Shown: positions 48,689 through 61,791 of the stretch, in pieces
How positions within the stretch are numbered: the stretch's first letter is position 1
Layout of the letters: the number at the start of each line of letters is the position of its first letter
NCBI RefSeq assembly: GCF_963921235.1
Contig: NC_086110.1
Coordinates: 12,958,001 to 13,022,000 of the forward strand
Length of the DNA stretch: 64,000 nt
Reading direction: 5' to 3'
DNA from: Mobula hypostoma
Taxonomy: Eukaryota
Program-made: the position numbers and the translations under genes
Notes under the pieces: model-generated
Seen by the model: the letters and a program-made list of their open reading frames with translations, nothing else
Database searches by the model: none
Told to the model about the DNA's origin: nothing

Positions 48689-51600
48689 AGTAGTGAGATC
48701 ATGGAAACTGTGCAGATCGAAAAGGAGGAGGTCCTTGCTGTGTTGAGGAAAATTAAAGTGCATAAATCCCCAAGACCTGACAGGGTGTTCCCTCGGACCT
48801 TGAAGGAGACTAGTGTTGAAATTGCAGGGGCCCTGGCAGAAATATTTAAAATGTCGCTGTCAACAGGTGAGGTGCCGGAGGATTGGAGAGTGGCTCATGT
48901 TGTTCCGTTGTTTAAAAAAGGATCGAAAAGTAATCCGGGAAATTGTAGGCCAGTAAGTTTAACTTCGGTAGTAGGTAAGTTATTGGAGGGAGTACTAAGA
49001 GACAGAATCTAAAAGCATTTGTATAGACAGGGACTTATTAGGGAGAGTCAACATGGTTTTATGCGTGGTAGTTCGTGTTTGACCAATCTATTGGAGTTTT
49101 TCGAGGAGGTTACCAGGAAAGTGGATGAAGGGAAGGCAGTGGATATTGTCTACATGGACTTCAGTAAGGCCTTTGACAAGGTCCCGCATGGGAGGTTAGT
49201 TAGGAAAATTCAGTCGCTAGGTATACATGGAGAGGTGGTAAATTGGATTAGACATTGGCTCAATGGAAGGAGCCGAAGAGTGGTAGTAGAGAATTGCTTC
49301 TCCGAGTGGAGGCCTGTGACTAGTGGTATGCCACAGGCATCAGTGCTGGGTCCATTGTTATTTGTCATCTATATCAATGATCTGGATGATAATGTGGTAA
49401 ATTGGATCAGCAAATTTGCTGATGATACAAAGATTGGAGGTGCAGTAGACAGTGAGGAAAGTTTTCAGAGCCTGCAGAGGGACTTGGACCAGCTGGAAAA
49501 ATGGGCTGAAAAATGGCAGATGGAGTTTAATACAGACAAGTGTGAGGTATTGCACGTTGGAAAGACAAACCAAGGTAGAACATATAGGGTTAATGTTAAG
49601 GTACTGAGGAGTGCAGTGGAACAGAGGGATCTGGGAATACAGATACAAAATTCCTCACAAGTGGCGTCACAGGTAGATAGGGTCGTAAAGAGAGCTTTTG
49701 GTACATTGGCCTTTATTAACCAGAGTATTGAGTATAAGTGCTGGAATGTAATGATGAGGTTGTATAAGGCATTGGTGAGGCCGAATCTGGAGTATTGTGT
49801 TCAGGTTTGGTCCCCAAATTACAGGAAGGATATAAATAAGGTTGAAAGAGTGCAGCGAAGGTTTACAAGGATGTTGGCGGGACTTGAGAAACTCAGTTAC
49901 AGAGAAAGGTTGAATAGGTTCGGACTTCATTCCCTGCAGCATAGAAGAATGAGGGGACATTTGATAGAGGTATATAAAATTATGATGGGTATAGATAGAG
50001 TGAATGCAAGCAGGCTTTTTCCACTGAGGCAAGGGGAGAAAAAAAGCAGAGGACATGGGTTAAGTGTGAGGGAGGAATAGTTTAAGGGGAAAGTTGGGGG
50101 GGGGGGCTTCTTCACATAGAGAGTGGTGGGAGTATGGAATGAGCTGCCAGGCGACGTGGTAAATGCGGGTTCTTTTTTTAACATTTAAGAATAAATTGGA
50201 CAGATACATGGATGGGAGGTATATGGAGGGATATGGTCCGTGTGCAGGTCAGTGGGACTAGGCAGAAAATGGTTCGGCACAGCTAAGAAGGGGCAAAAGG
50301 CCTGTTTCTGTGCTGTAGTTTCTATGGTTTCTATGAAAAGAGGATGGTCTCTATAACAGGACCTTGATCCTAAACGCACCTGAAAATCCACAATGAACTA
50401 CCTTAAGAGGCGCAAGCTGAAGGTTTTGCCATGGCCCTCACAGTCCCCCGACCTAAACATCACGGAAAATCTGTGGATAGACTTCAACAGAGCAGTGCAT
50501 GCAAGACGGCTCAAGCATCTCACAGAACTGGAAGTCTTTTGCAAGCAAAATGGGCGAAAATCCCCCAAACTAGAATTGAAAGATGCTTCGCTGGCTATAG
50601 GAAGCGTTTACAAGCTGTGCTACTTGCCAAAGAAGGTGTTACTAAGTACTGACCATGCAGGGTGCCCAAACGTTTGCTCCGGGCCCTTTTCCCTTTTTGT
50701 TATTTTGAAACTGTAAAAGATGGAAATAAAAAGTAATCTTGCTTAGCATATTAAAGAAATGTGTCAACTTTAACTTTATGCCTTTTGGAAATCAGGTCCT
50801 CTCTTACTCGCTTAGCTATTCACAGCAGCACAAATTTTGACCATTGGTGGCCAGAATTTTGCATGCCACTGTAAGTGAAGAGAATGTGGCGATATTTAGA
50901 CAACACTACAGCAGCGATAACGTTCACATTTGAAACAATGCAAATGGAATAAATAGAGTTTTGCTTTTCACCATGAGTAAGCTAGCATTTTTGTTCGCAC
51001 TTTTAACACTAAAAGCAGTCGATTACTTGTGTTTACGATTATTCGTTGGCGGAGGCATTTCCGACTAACGGTCGGATGAAAGAAGGTGTAAAGGACACTT
51101 CAAAATTCAGCATCGTCTGTCCTAAATCCAACTACGTTTAAATCGAACGAACAGAATATTGGACCTATATTTAGTCATAGCTCTCGTTGTGGAAGTTTGC
51201 TTCAATTGACAGCTTCTCATCTTCTTCAAAACATGTACACCTGCGTACGTTGCAAGTTCCTGTTTCTGACTAAATGCAGATGCAATTTTAATACCGAGAA
51301 GGTGCGGAGCGGCCGAGACCAACTTGTTATTCTCGTAACTTGTGATCTGTGAAAGTAAATCATATTGACCATTAGTTCATCATCCTGCGGCTGCAGAGGC
51401 TCTCGAGTCTGAAGCAGAGTGGTCACGTGTATCTGCATCTCATTGATTATCAGCGGTAGGCTGTAACCGTAATGTTTGTCTTTTAAAATAAACTTTCTTT
51501 TTCTGATTTTCCATTCGGACTGAAATCTCGTGCTACGGCCCATCTCTCGCGCACAGAGCAATGTTTGTGCTCAGTTTGACATCCAATCTTTCATCTGAAT

Positions 51601-52602
51601 GTTAAAGCAATCTGAATGCAAAGATCAAAGCAGCCTTTCTGCAATCGACGCATTACGATACTGATGTTGCAAATGATCATTTTAAGGGTCACCGATGGTC
51701 AAATTGACTGCTGTTTCTGTGGGTTGTAGATTCAGGCTGTCTGAATAATTATAAAAAAATATGGGAAATAAAGTTCGATCAAAAAGTGTCATGGTCCCTT
51801 CTGGCAATCGCCCAGCTTGCTATTTGCCTCAAGAATTGGGCTTCAATCACCTCATTTAGATTCCAATCATTCGCAGGTTCCAGTAACTACACGCATCTGC
51901 TTCCCATCACTAACGGCAGGATAAAAACCCTGTGACCACAGCAAGAAGCCGCCAGTTCGTTGGTCGACTCTTGTGAGAGCAAACCTTGATTCCTATTCTT
52001 GAGAACTGTTAGTTCTAAGCTTCGCATCGTCTCCTGGATATCGGCTCCCCGTTCACGGTGGTGCTACGCCTATCGACTCTACCTCTGCCTCTGTGTCCTG
52101 CACTTGGGTTCGTCCCCAGCCACGTCCTTGCAACAAAAAGCTGCCACCTCATGCTTAGAAGAGTGAAAGGTGGACCATTATCCCTGTGTCTCAGTGTCTT
52201 CCGGCTTTGCAGTAATTTCGGTTATTATTGGAATAACCTGAAGGCCAGGTACTCTTGCAACTTTCGAGGCATTATCCGGCTATAACATTTTTTGTGACGC
52301 TATTATGAAGTTGAGTAGATTTTCCCGGTTTTTCTTCCTTTAAAATTTAAAACTTAGTTTCAAAGAAATACCAACCATTGTCTAACACAGACCCCGAACG
52401 TAAACCAAAGATACGGTTGGCTGTGCAAAAGGGCACAATGGGTGATCGAGTGAAACCTGTTTATATTTTTAGATATGTAGGCAATGTTTATAATGAGTGA
52501 AATTTTGTAAACTATCATAGGATATACATTGTCGTACCAGGTTAACATGATTGTTTTCACAATGTCAAGTATTAAAAAATCTCTCATATTCCTAACAATA
52601 TA

Positions 52603-53248
52603 GGAGGATAAGATGGCGGCGCGACGCAGCGTGCGCGGCCTTTCTGGTGAATGATATCTGTTATCTGTCAAGTAGGGTACCGTGCACAATTGTGATTTGA
52701 TGGGGACAGACGTGAGATTACGGAGGAACATCTGGAGAAATCTCTGAAATGCCCGCTTCTCTGCCGCTGCTGCTGTCTGGTAACCAGAATCTCCGGAGCA
52801 GAAGGCCCCGAATCCTCGGCTTTGCTTGTTTCATCGGCCGGGTCGAGGTCGAAGGCGCTTGGCAGAGAATGGCGCTCGGGAGGCTGATCGGAGACTAGAA
52901 GTATTCGGCTGGACGGACTCGGTGTGGGCTGAGTTCGGGTGCTTCCAATGCATCGGCAAGACGTCGGTGCCTGGTGGTTTATGGCAGGGAGTTTCTCCCT
53001 TTTGCCGCCTGCTATCGGGGACTCAGAGTCGATTGGGACTTGAGACTTCGTTTTTACCGTGCCCATGGTCTGCTCTTTATCAAATTATTGTATTGCTTTG
53101 CACTGCTGTAACTATATGTTACAATTATGTGGTTCTGTCAGTGTTAGTCTTTCGTTTGTCCTGTTTTTCTGTGACGTCACTCTGGAGGAATATTGTATCA
53201 TTTCTTAATGGAAGTATGCATTTGTAAATGTCAATAAAAGAGGACTAC
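52603..53248 (+). mobile_element. Non-autonomous interspersed element, copy 2
   Basis: Starts GGAGGATAAGATGGCGGCG and ends AATAAAAGAGGACTAC; homologous to 16002-16570. Confidence 0.7.
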
Positions 53249-55624
53249 AAATATTCCCACATTAAGATCAATACTCCAAAGTTTTGCACAGTCTCTTCAA
53301 GCTGAGGATCAATATGTATTCCCGCCAAATGTTGAAAGCAGATTCCGGAGGAAAGCAAAAATGTTCAATGTAAATATTTTGCAAATGAGCATGTAATGCA
53401 GTCAGAATGGCTTCTTTCTGTTCAGCAGAGTTCTAAGATTCTATAGAATTAACGTTATTTGCTTCGCTTACTGCAGTACTTGTGCTCTAATTCAACAATT
53501 TTAGAAACTAAAGAAAACGTTTCATCTCACCAAATTGTTTTGATTCTCACCTCCTATCAAGGAATTATGCTTGCACTTAAAGGAAAGGAGGGCAAATCCA
53601 TGAGCCTACCGATGAATATTGTATCAAATGCAAATCGACTTTGTTACCCAAAGTAAGATCGCCTGAAGATACTTTCTGAACGTGTGTTGCAGTACCTGTT
53701 ATTCCAATATTGTGTTTTGTGTACTACATTCACCTTCATCTCTTTTGAATCTCATCCAAAGTATGCTTTTTTCCAGTCTAAGTTACATTGTGCTTTCAGC
53801 TACCTCAGAGGTACTGGTTACAAAATCTACCTCAAACTATTTACTTACTTTTCGCTCTGCACTCGATTCGGAGGATAACCATTCGACTCAGTACCATGGT
53901 TCGACCTCCAGCATAGTATCAGTGAAGGAATTTCTTCATACCTGAGTAGGTATCGTGTGTATCGCTATATGGGGTACCTTGCTGACAGTTAGAATCAAAT
54001 CGGAATTGATTTACTTTGCTTCTGTTCGTCATAATGAAGCAATAACACCTATCGAGCATTCAGTCGGAGGAAAATATTTCCTTTTTATTGACGTGACTCC
54101 ATAATAGCGATCAATAAATATGTTCTTTTGTTAATTTCGATTCAGATTCGCAATGTTATGAAAGCCATGAATTTATTCATACAGTATGTACACATGATGT
54201 CGATCAGAACACGTTTCTACGTTTGCTGTTAATATTGGGTTAGGTGCCAGATAATCCGATGAATGGTGAAGTTTTGAAATACAAATATCGTATCATTTAA
54301 ATCAAAGTTAATTCTGTGATTTATCTTGTAAGATCCAACACAAAGGTACGTGTAGCTTCGAATCAACAAATGCATTACAAATAGAATCAACTTATACTTG
54401 AAAGTTTCTGTGGAATTGTATTACTCAGCTTGTATGCTTCACAGTAATGTTTGAAGTAAAGCCCAATATAATTCAGTTCTACGACTCATTCATATCATTT
54501 AATTGTTAAAGGAACATCAGGTTGATAGTTGAAGAGAACCTTAACAGTGCGAAGTTTTCTTGAAGCTACATTTTCTCTTTTGCCTCCACCTACATTTTCG
54601 CATTATGCTAATCTTTTTTCCTTTTCTCTCTCTCTCTGTTTTTCAGATATTTGTCAGATAATTTCTGTTCTACTTGCTCCTCTTCTGTTCACTTGTGAAC
54701 TCTGGTGAAACTCCGGAATACTGTGAGTATCCAAGGTGATATTTCCTGTTAGTTTATTTCTCCCTCGTATTTCCAATGAAGCAATGCTTTTGAATAAAAA
54801 AGCACGGGAAATTGATACAGCATGCATTACCTTTAAGCCTCCGTATCAGAGAACTGAAAATGATTTTTTTCTTCAGCAGTGATCAGGAAACTATCCAGTT
54901 ACCTCTTTTGATATTTGCGAAAAGACGAAGAATTTGTGAATGGTCAAAATTTGAAAGAAGAGAGAAAGCAAGTAACCAACCTGATGAGTTTCTGTATTGG
55001 AACAGCGATTGATTTTATTTGTGAACCAAAGTATTTTGATTATTAACCCTGATTTAAATGCATACAGGCCGGTATGACAATGAAATATGAAGAATTTGCT
55101 GACCTTTGAAATGTTTGTTAAAAATCTGTAGTTGTGAAATAATAAGCAAAACATTTAAATTCCCTCGAACATCAAGATAATTTGACAACTGCAACTAATG
55201 GGTGTTGGCTGAACACAATACTTTAAGTAAATGGGAGGACAGTACTTTGCAAGAACGACTCATTTGGTAATAAAATGGAGACAATAGACTTCTGACGCTG
55301 GAACATGGAGCAACACAATAAGCGTTGGCGGAACTCAGCGCGCCAGGCGGTATCAATCATCGGAGGGAAACAGGCAGTCGACGGCTGGGGCCGAGGATCT
55401 TCATCTGCACTTCATCGTCTAGCCAGGAAATTGGGTAGTGAAGAACATCAAAATTAAACCTTCTAATCTTCATCCCTGGCCTTCTCCTTTCCCTTATATA
55501 ACTGTGGAAAGTTTGAAATATTTTTTAAAAAGATTTTAATTTTTGTTATTTAAATCATTCTTATTTGCATACCTGAAACTTTATAAATATTTTAAATACC
55601 TTAAGAAGAAATGTTTTATCAATC

Positions 55625-56768
55625 TGGTTAAGAGCAGAAATTGTCTCTGGAAGCGGACTCAAATGCAAGACACAGACACTGCCGTACTAGGAACAGGACT
55701 AGGTTTATCAAGAAAGCAAGGGATGAAACAAAGCTGGACATTGACACAGGCCCTGAACGAGACTGGGATTCAGGGCCTGGGCTAGGGCTTGGGCTAGAAG
55801 CAGGGGAACCGGCTGTGGAACTAGGAACAAGGAGCCTGGACAGGGACCCGGAATCTGGGTCTTGACTCGCTTTCGGACACCCGGACCTCGGCGAGGACAA
55901 GACGTGGCTACAGGAGTAGACGTGGCTAGGCTACAGGACTGGACGGGGTACAACCCTGCACAGGCCGAGGCACATGTACAGGACGAGAACACAAAGCCTT
56001 GACTTGGACAGCACGAGGTTCTTGGACTAGATGAGAAACTCCTGGACAGGACGGGGGATCTCCAGCACCGGACGAGGGATTTCCGGCACCGTGCTGGGCG
56101 AGGTACTGGAACTAGATGAGGACACGAAGCTCAGATTTGGACAGGGCTGGAAGGACCTGGTCTTGAAACACAGGAACACGGAGCCTTAGACGTGGACTGG
56201 ACGCTCAGAGCCTTGGACGTAGGCAGGGCGAGGCTGTTGGACTAGTTTTGGCTCGGCTCTTGGATTCGGCTTAGTTTGGCTCTTGGGTACGGGGCCGGGA
56301 CCCCTCCTTGGGGACAGGACCTAGGGCCGGAACACTTCTTTGACACGGACACTAAACACAAGGACACAAAGAGACAGTTCCAAACTCAACGACAGATAGG
56401 TCCTTATGTTGGCGTGGTAAGGTGCCGGTCTCACTCCGGCGGTTGAACTAGAGGGTCATACAGGCGAGGACGCAGGCGAGGTTGCAGGCAAGGTAGCAGG
56501 CGAAGGTAACAGACGAAGGTTACAGACGAAAGTTAGTGCCGAAGTAACTGTTGAGATAAACTGCCAAAGTAGCTGCCAGGGATTCAGATGAGGAGGGGAA
56601 GGGATCAGTCCAGCAGGGGAACTTTGGTTTGAGAGGTATTTATGTGCCAGCCCACAATGAGAATCAGGCACCCAAGAGAACAAGTTAAAAAAACAGGAAA
56701 ATCTGGAACAAGGATCGATGGACCGGACCATGAACCGGAATTCAGACTTCACGGACCAGACCATGACA
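55625..56768 (-). mobile_element. Solo LTR, same family as 5560-6687
   Basis: Ends CATGACA (TGTCATG on minus); CAAATGCAAGACACAGAC..GTACTAG..ACAGGACTAG matches the reverse complement of the first copy; left boundary approximate. Confidence 0.75.
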
Positions 56769-57984
56769 CTCAAGTTACTTCACCGTTTTATACACCCCAA
56801 CCCCCTAGATATTATCCTATAATGGAATGGTAAACTCTTATAATGTACATGGCCTTGCCCTGTAGAACTTCCCAAATATTTCCATGATCTAGAATACGGA
56901 GAGTTGCTACAGATAATATTGTTCTGATATCTTCCCAAGATTACTAATGGGTTCTGCTGGGTTACGGCTCACCACATAATTAACACAAATTGAACAACAT
57001 GGAAGAAAAGTAAGTGTAGCAGGTTTTGGAAATACCCGATTAGTTTGGCACCTTCTGTGGAGACAAAAGTAGGCCGTGGAGCTTTCACCACGCAATAAAA
57101 TCTGGCATTTTGCACAGTTGCTTCCTGAGTTGGTGTGGACTCTAAATTTTCAACATCTAAGGCATTTGCTTTCACTCCCACTCAGCTCATGCACACCAAA
57201 TACTACCCAGGTTATTTGCTACCTTGTTTATTTGTATTTGTCATTTATAAATATCATGAAACTTCGTGATCCTGGAACATACTCCAAATGGTCGCCAATT
57301 AGCCCATTAGTACAATATAAGTATATTTTTTTCTGAATCGCATCTCTCAAGCCTTCACGCTTGAACCATTTCAACATTCAACTCAAAAATTATCTTCAAT
57401 TCTCATTTTGTTCATCGACTCTGCTGTGGAACATTTCTGATACACTTTGACAATGCGGTATTAAATAAATGTACCATGATAAAATGGCAGTTTTCATAAA
57501 TTCAATATAGGCTTTGTTTTAACTGAGATTAAGAATATTTTTTCTGTATTTAAAGTGAAATATTTCAAAACTTTTATCCGCGTTCCATATCGCTGTGTAT
57601 TAGTATACACATGATAACACGGCAAAACATACATCATTCGCCATTTAGCATTCTGAGAATTTAAAAGGACAAAAATACTAGGTATATATAAGCAATACTT
57701 CTCTAGCATTTTTTAGGATTTGTGCTTACATTCATACAAGGCAATTTGTCCTTCTCAATATTTTATCATAACCTCGAGTGATATCATCTAAATTCCGAGA
57801 GGCAACTGCTTCAGCTGGAAATTTTCGACAATTTTTCCAACTGGACGTTTTCACAATACATTTGTTCGGCGGATTAAAAGAGAGGTTTTCCCCTGGCATT
57901 GACTTTAATTTGTCTATTTCAGTTCGGAAGAAGGGTCTCGGTCTGAAATGTCGCCAGTTTATTCCTTTTCATAGATGCTGCCTA

Positions 57985-58208
57985 AACATAGAAACATAGA
58001 AACATGGAAAATAGGTGCAGGAGTAGGCTATTCGGCCCTTCGAGCCTGCACCGCCATTCAGTATGATCATGGCTGATCATCCAACTCAGAACCCTGTACC
58101 AGCCTTCCCTCCATACCCCGATCCCTTTAGCCGCAAGGGCCATATCTAACTCCCTCTTAAATATAGCCAATGAACTGGCCTCAACTGTTTCCTGTGGCAG
58201 AGAATTCC
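57985..58208 (-). mobile_element. CR1 family B 3' end inserted into a SINE/Penelope terminal remnant
   Basis: Reverse complement of the family-B 3' UTR with (ACATAGAA)n; host GATGCTGCC... resumes at about 58211. Confidence 0.9.
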
Positions 58209-60810
58209 ACCAAGTGCTTCAGCATTTGCTGTACTGTAGCTTTGGATTTTTAGCATCAGCCGAATACCTTGTATTTATAAAGTTTATCCTGCCTAGTATT
58301 ACAAATTGCAATTATTCGACTTTCTTAGAAAAATATTCGAATATTTAAAACAGGTATTTAACTGATATAAAAGGGTGGACATACATTTGTTGGTTTTGAA
58401 TGACACATCGTGAGTACAGGAACACATACTTTTCAGAAATAGCTTTAGAAGTAATTTACTTAAGTTAATTTTCTTACTTTTCACTTAAGCTTTTAACGCG
58501 ATAACGTGGGTATCTGCAACTTACTCGCTTGAGGCGGTGAAACTTCTGACCGCATAGAGTTTCCATGACGTCACCAGCTAATCGTGAGTGCAGTTACTTT
58601 GCTCTGTGTGTTGTCTCATTTAGCAAATAAATCTGTACTGGGTGCATGTTGTCATTGCAAATGTAGAAAACTTCGCACTTGAGGATTTAAAATCGCGTTT
58701 CACATGCAGAATATGTGCCGCTTTCGACAAATGATTTACATTTCCATCAAGTCAGATAGAGGAAAGCACAACCACCCACACACACACCCACACACACAAT
58801 ATTGCACAGTAGGTTCAATACATGTAGCATGAACGTTTATTTAGATATAGTTTTAAAATCGTTACCATATCTTGATGGAGCATAGCAAAAAGAATAATTT
58901 TAAACACGTTCTGATTCTGAGCACTTCAGATAATACGACTCGTGAGTGAGCCGTTAGAAACACAAAAAAAGTTAGGTTACGAAAAGGAGTACAAAAGAGA
59001 AGAAAAACAATGGATTTCAGAGTTAAAGTTTGGCATTGCTCGGCGTGGAAAAGAAACGATTATTTGGGGTTGGGGAATGGGGTATATCGCAAATAAGCCG
59101 AGGTATACTTTTAGCTCTGGGCCTAGAAAAGGGGATAGAATCTCGATGAACAAAATCAAAGAGGGATTTGAATGGATGGATGGCAATTATAAAATTCGTG
59201 TTTTGCTTCGCTAAATGGCAGAGTGGTTTCAGACAAACGGGTCTCAGGCACAAATCACGCAATCACGCAGTGATGTAGACCAACTCTTAGAAATAATCAT
59301 CCACATTGGCCCAGATATATAGTCCCACAGTGATGTCCTCTCGTTCAGAAGTGCACAAAGAAGCACAAAGACAGACATTGGTCTGCATCTACTCGGACTG
59401 CAATACTTTGTTTGAAACTGTTCAATACGATTGCTTTCCCAGCACCATAGCCAGGAAAGTCGACCAATCATTGCACATTCTCAGTGACAGTGACCCGAAA
59501 TATTCTGAGTTATAAAGACACTTTAATTGCTAGGACACAGCATGTCCACACATCTACATTTCTTAACAGTACCATCCTCATACTGATGCACCCGTTGTTG
59601 ACGATACACTTTTTCACTCATCTTGCATTAACTTCCATTCCTCCAAAACCATGTGGTGTCGAACGGGGCATGTCCTCGTGACCTATCGTCCAGGGCTCAG
59701 GACCTACCTTTATTCAGCTGCCCCAGTGCTTGAAATTTACGATCGCCAAGCTCAGACACAGTATGCTATTGTTGATGATGATGATTATTATTGTTGTTAT
59801 TATTATTGTTTCGAGCTGGTAAAGCCTGAAGTACGAGCATAGGCAAGCAAGCTATTTTCTCAACTGCCAGCAAAATTCGGACTGGTGTTTAGTATTGTGG
59901 CTTTCTGGAGATTGCTATACATACTGTTGTGTTGACCGAATTGTTCAATGCTTTTGTGCAATGCCTTTGGGATGATATCAGTTGTGGATATCACTATTTG
60001 GACAAGGTATACCCTGTTCATGTTCTATCGTCCTTTAATATTCTCTTTTAATTTCAGGTGATTTTTACTCATTGATTTCTGTATATTGTTTGTGCTTGGA
60101 CTGGATATAATCTATTAGGAAAGTTGTTTTTGTTTGTTTATCCTGTAATATTAATATTCGGACTGCTATTATAAATGGACCTATCTGAAATAATGGATTA
60201 GTTGTAATATAGCTTGTGCGACTCTGACTATAAAACTGAACCAAACTAGTATTTATCATAAGGTATGGCTCCATTTCTGAGATTGAAATTTAAAGCAAGA
60301 TTTTGGTAAAGAACGTTTGTCGCTCGATTGCCCCATGTAAGTAATCGGACTGACTTCAACTGCTGCAAGATCCTGTAATGTGTTGGATTGTTTCTGGTTT
60401 CTCTTGACATTTTCTGCATGAATCGTCTAACTCTTGTTGGTTTTCCTATTCTGTATTTTTGGTATTTTTATGTGTTCACCACCTGATTATGTTTTGTCAC
60501 GAGGAAGTACTTTGTTCTGAGAAGAGGTCACCAACTCTGATCCAGGCATTCGGCGCTTCCTTGATGACATCTAATCTGCTCAGATCCCGGGTATGTCTCC
60601 GAGAACGGTCATATTGTTCCATTGACTAAGTTTTTTTTGTCTTCTATAGTGATAATTTCTTCATTTTTCAGGCTTGTGCTTTAATTTCAGTTTAGAGTGG
60701 TGTTTTTCTTATCAGAATTGCAGGTGCTCGCCTGGAATGCTGAATCCTGTTTTCAGTGATGAAAATATTTCATTAGAAATTTTATCTGTCTACTGTACTG
60801 TCAGTTACCC

Positions 60811-61080
60811 TGTGACGGGGATAAAGAAGCAGCAGAAATAGAAACCACTTTGGAGTCTCGTATTGGTATAAACTAATAATATTTATAAGTAACTACGCAA
60901 TACAGTAATATCAAAGTAAATACATCACAAAGGTTAGCAATGGTTATATATAAAATTAAGTGTGAAATATATATGTATGAAAAAACCAAGCTTCCTTAAG
61001 TCTAGGGGTAAAAAGATACAGTCTTACGATGTTGAGTAAAATTCAGTTCAGTTAGTGGTATTCAGGAGAGAGAGAGAGAG

Positions 61081-61126
<46 letters not shown>

Positions 61127-61791
61127 TGAGATCTTGAGATCTTGTCTTCAAATGAGCTGTTGCCGTCGATCTTCTCGTCGCCCTCCGAAATCCTTTCCAA
61201 GTCACCAACTGTGACTTTAACCAGGGGGACCGGTCTTCTGTGGTGGAGCTATCACTCAGGCGAGGGTGGACACATAGACAACTCCCACCAGTCAATCCCT
61301 TCTTGACCGGTGAAATAGCAATTTGGATCGATCCGCATGATCGATCCTCCAAAACCCACTTTCTCTGCGGGCACAACAATGCTCATTCAGTGTCCAGATG
61401 ATGTGTCTGAGGTCTGTGTCATCTGGCCTCCCATTTAATTCACCAGGCTGAGCATCACCTGTCATTCAAAGAGTCCCTCCTTCCTTTGTCTGTAAAGGAG
61501 TGCACAAGTAGGCAACAAGTCCTTGATGAAATATCAACAATCTGCCTTTGGTCAGCATATCACCCTTCGAGCTGCTCGGTGCTGTCTCCAACTCCAAACT
61601 CAGTAGAAATCCGAAGTTACTTCCGGTGCCTTAAAGTGACAGTCCAACCGTTAATCTTCGTCTCTCTCTCTCTGTTGAAAAGTAACACATCGGTGGCAAA
61701 TAACTCTACTCTTTCTCCTTTCCAAGCAAACCATTTATAATAAATGTCTCTCTCCAAACAGTTTATAGGGGCACTCCTGGATCCCCTCACA
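60811..61791 (-). mobile_element. 3' LTR of a Gypsy element (contains (GA)n at about 61066-61122)
   Basis: TGTGA...TCACA termini; polypurine tract (CCCTGAGGAAGGGGAG on minus) immediately before 61791. Confidence 0.85.

Larger units (their letters stand above)
44001..50335 (+). mobile_element. CR1 LINE family A (ORF1 esterase C-terminus plus disrupted ORF2), split at 45557/48691
   Basis: ORF1 end W..RDGLHLN...GEALN* (SGNH esterase-like); APE motifs YINARS, ETW, YRPP, GDFN, SDHN; RT KFADD; (TTCTATGG)n tail. Confidence 0.95.
42923..50871 (+). mobile_element. Second Tc1 copy, split by nested CR1 insertions (Tc1 parts 42923-44000 and about 50336-50871)
   Basis: TA|CAGTG...CCACTG|TA; transposase runs to ...CTGAAGATGA (44000) and resumes AAAGAGGATGG...WPSQSPDLNITEN after 50336; same family as 12435-14033. 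Confidence 0.95.

Noticed and set aside
59326-59363. RSS-like CACAGTG, 22-bp spacer, ACAAAGAAG
   Set aside because: Nonamer matches only 6/9 and no V, D or J coding segment or partner RSS is adjacent; several perfect heptamers are expected by chance in 64 kb.
59871-59935. Plus-strand TM-like stretch KFGLVFSIVAFWRLLYILLC*
   Set aside because: No linked Ig or leader exons on that strand; hydrophobic runs are common in T-rich DNA.
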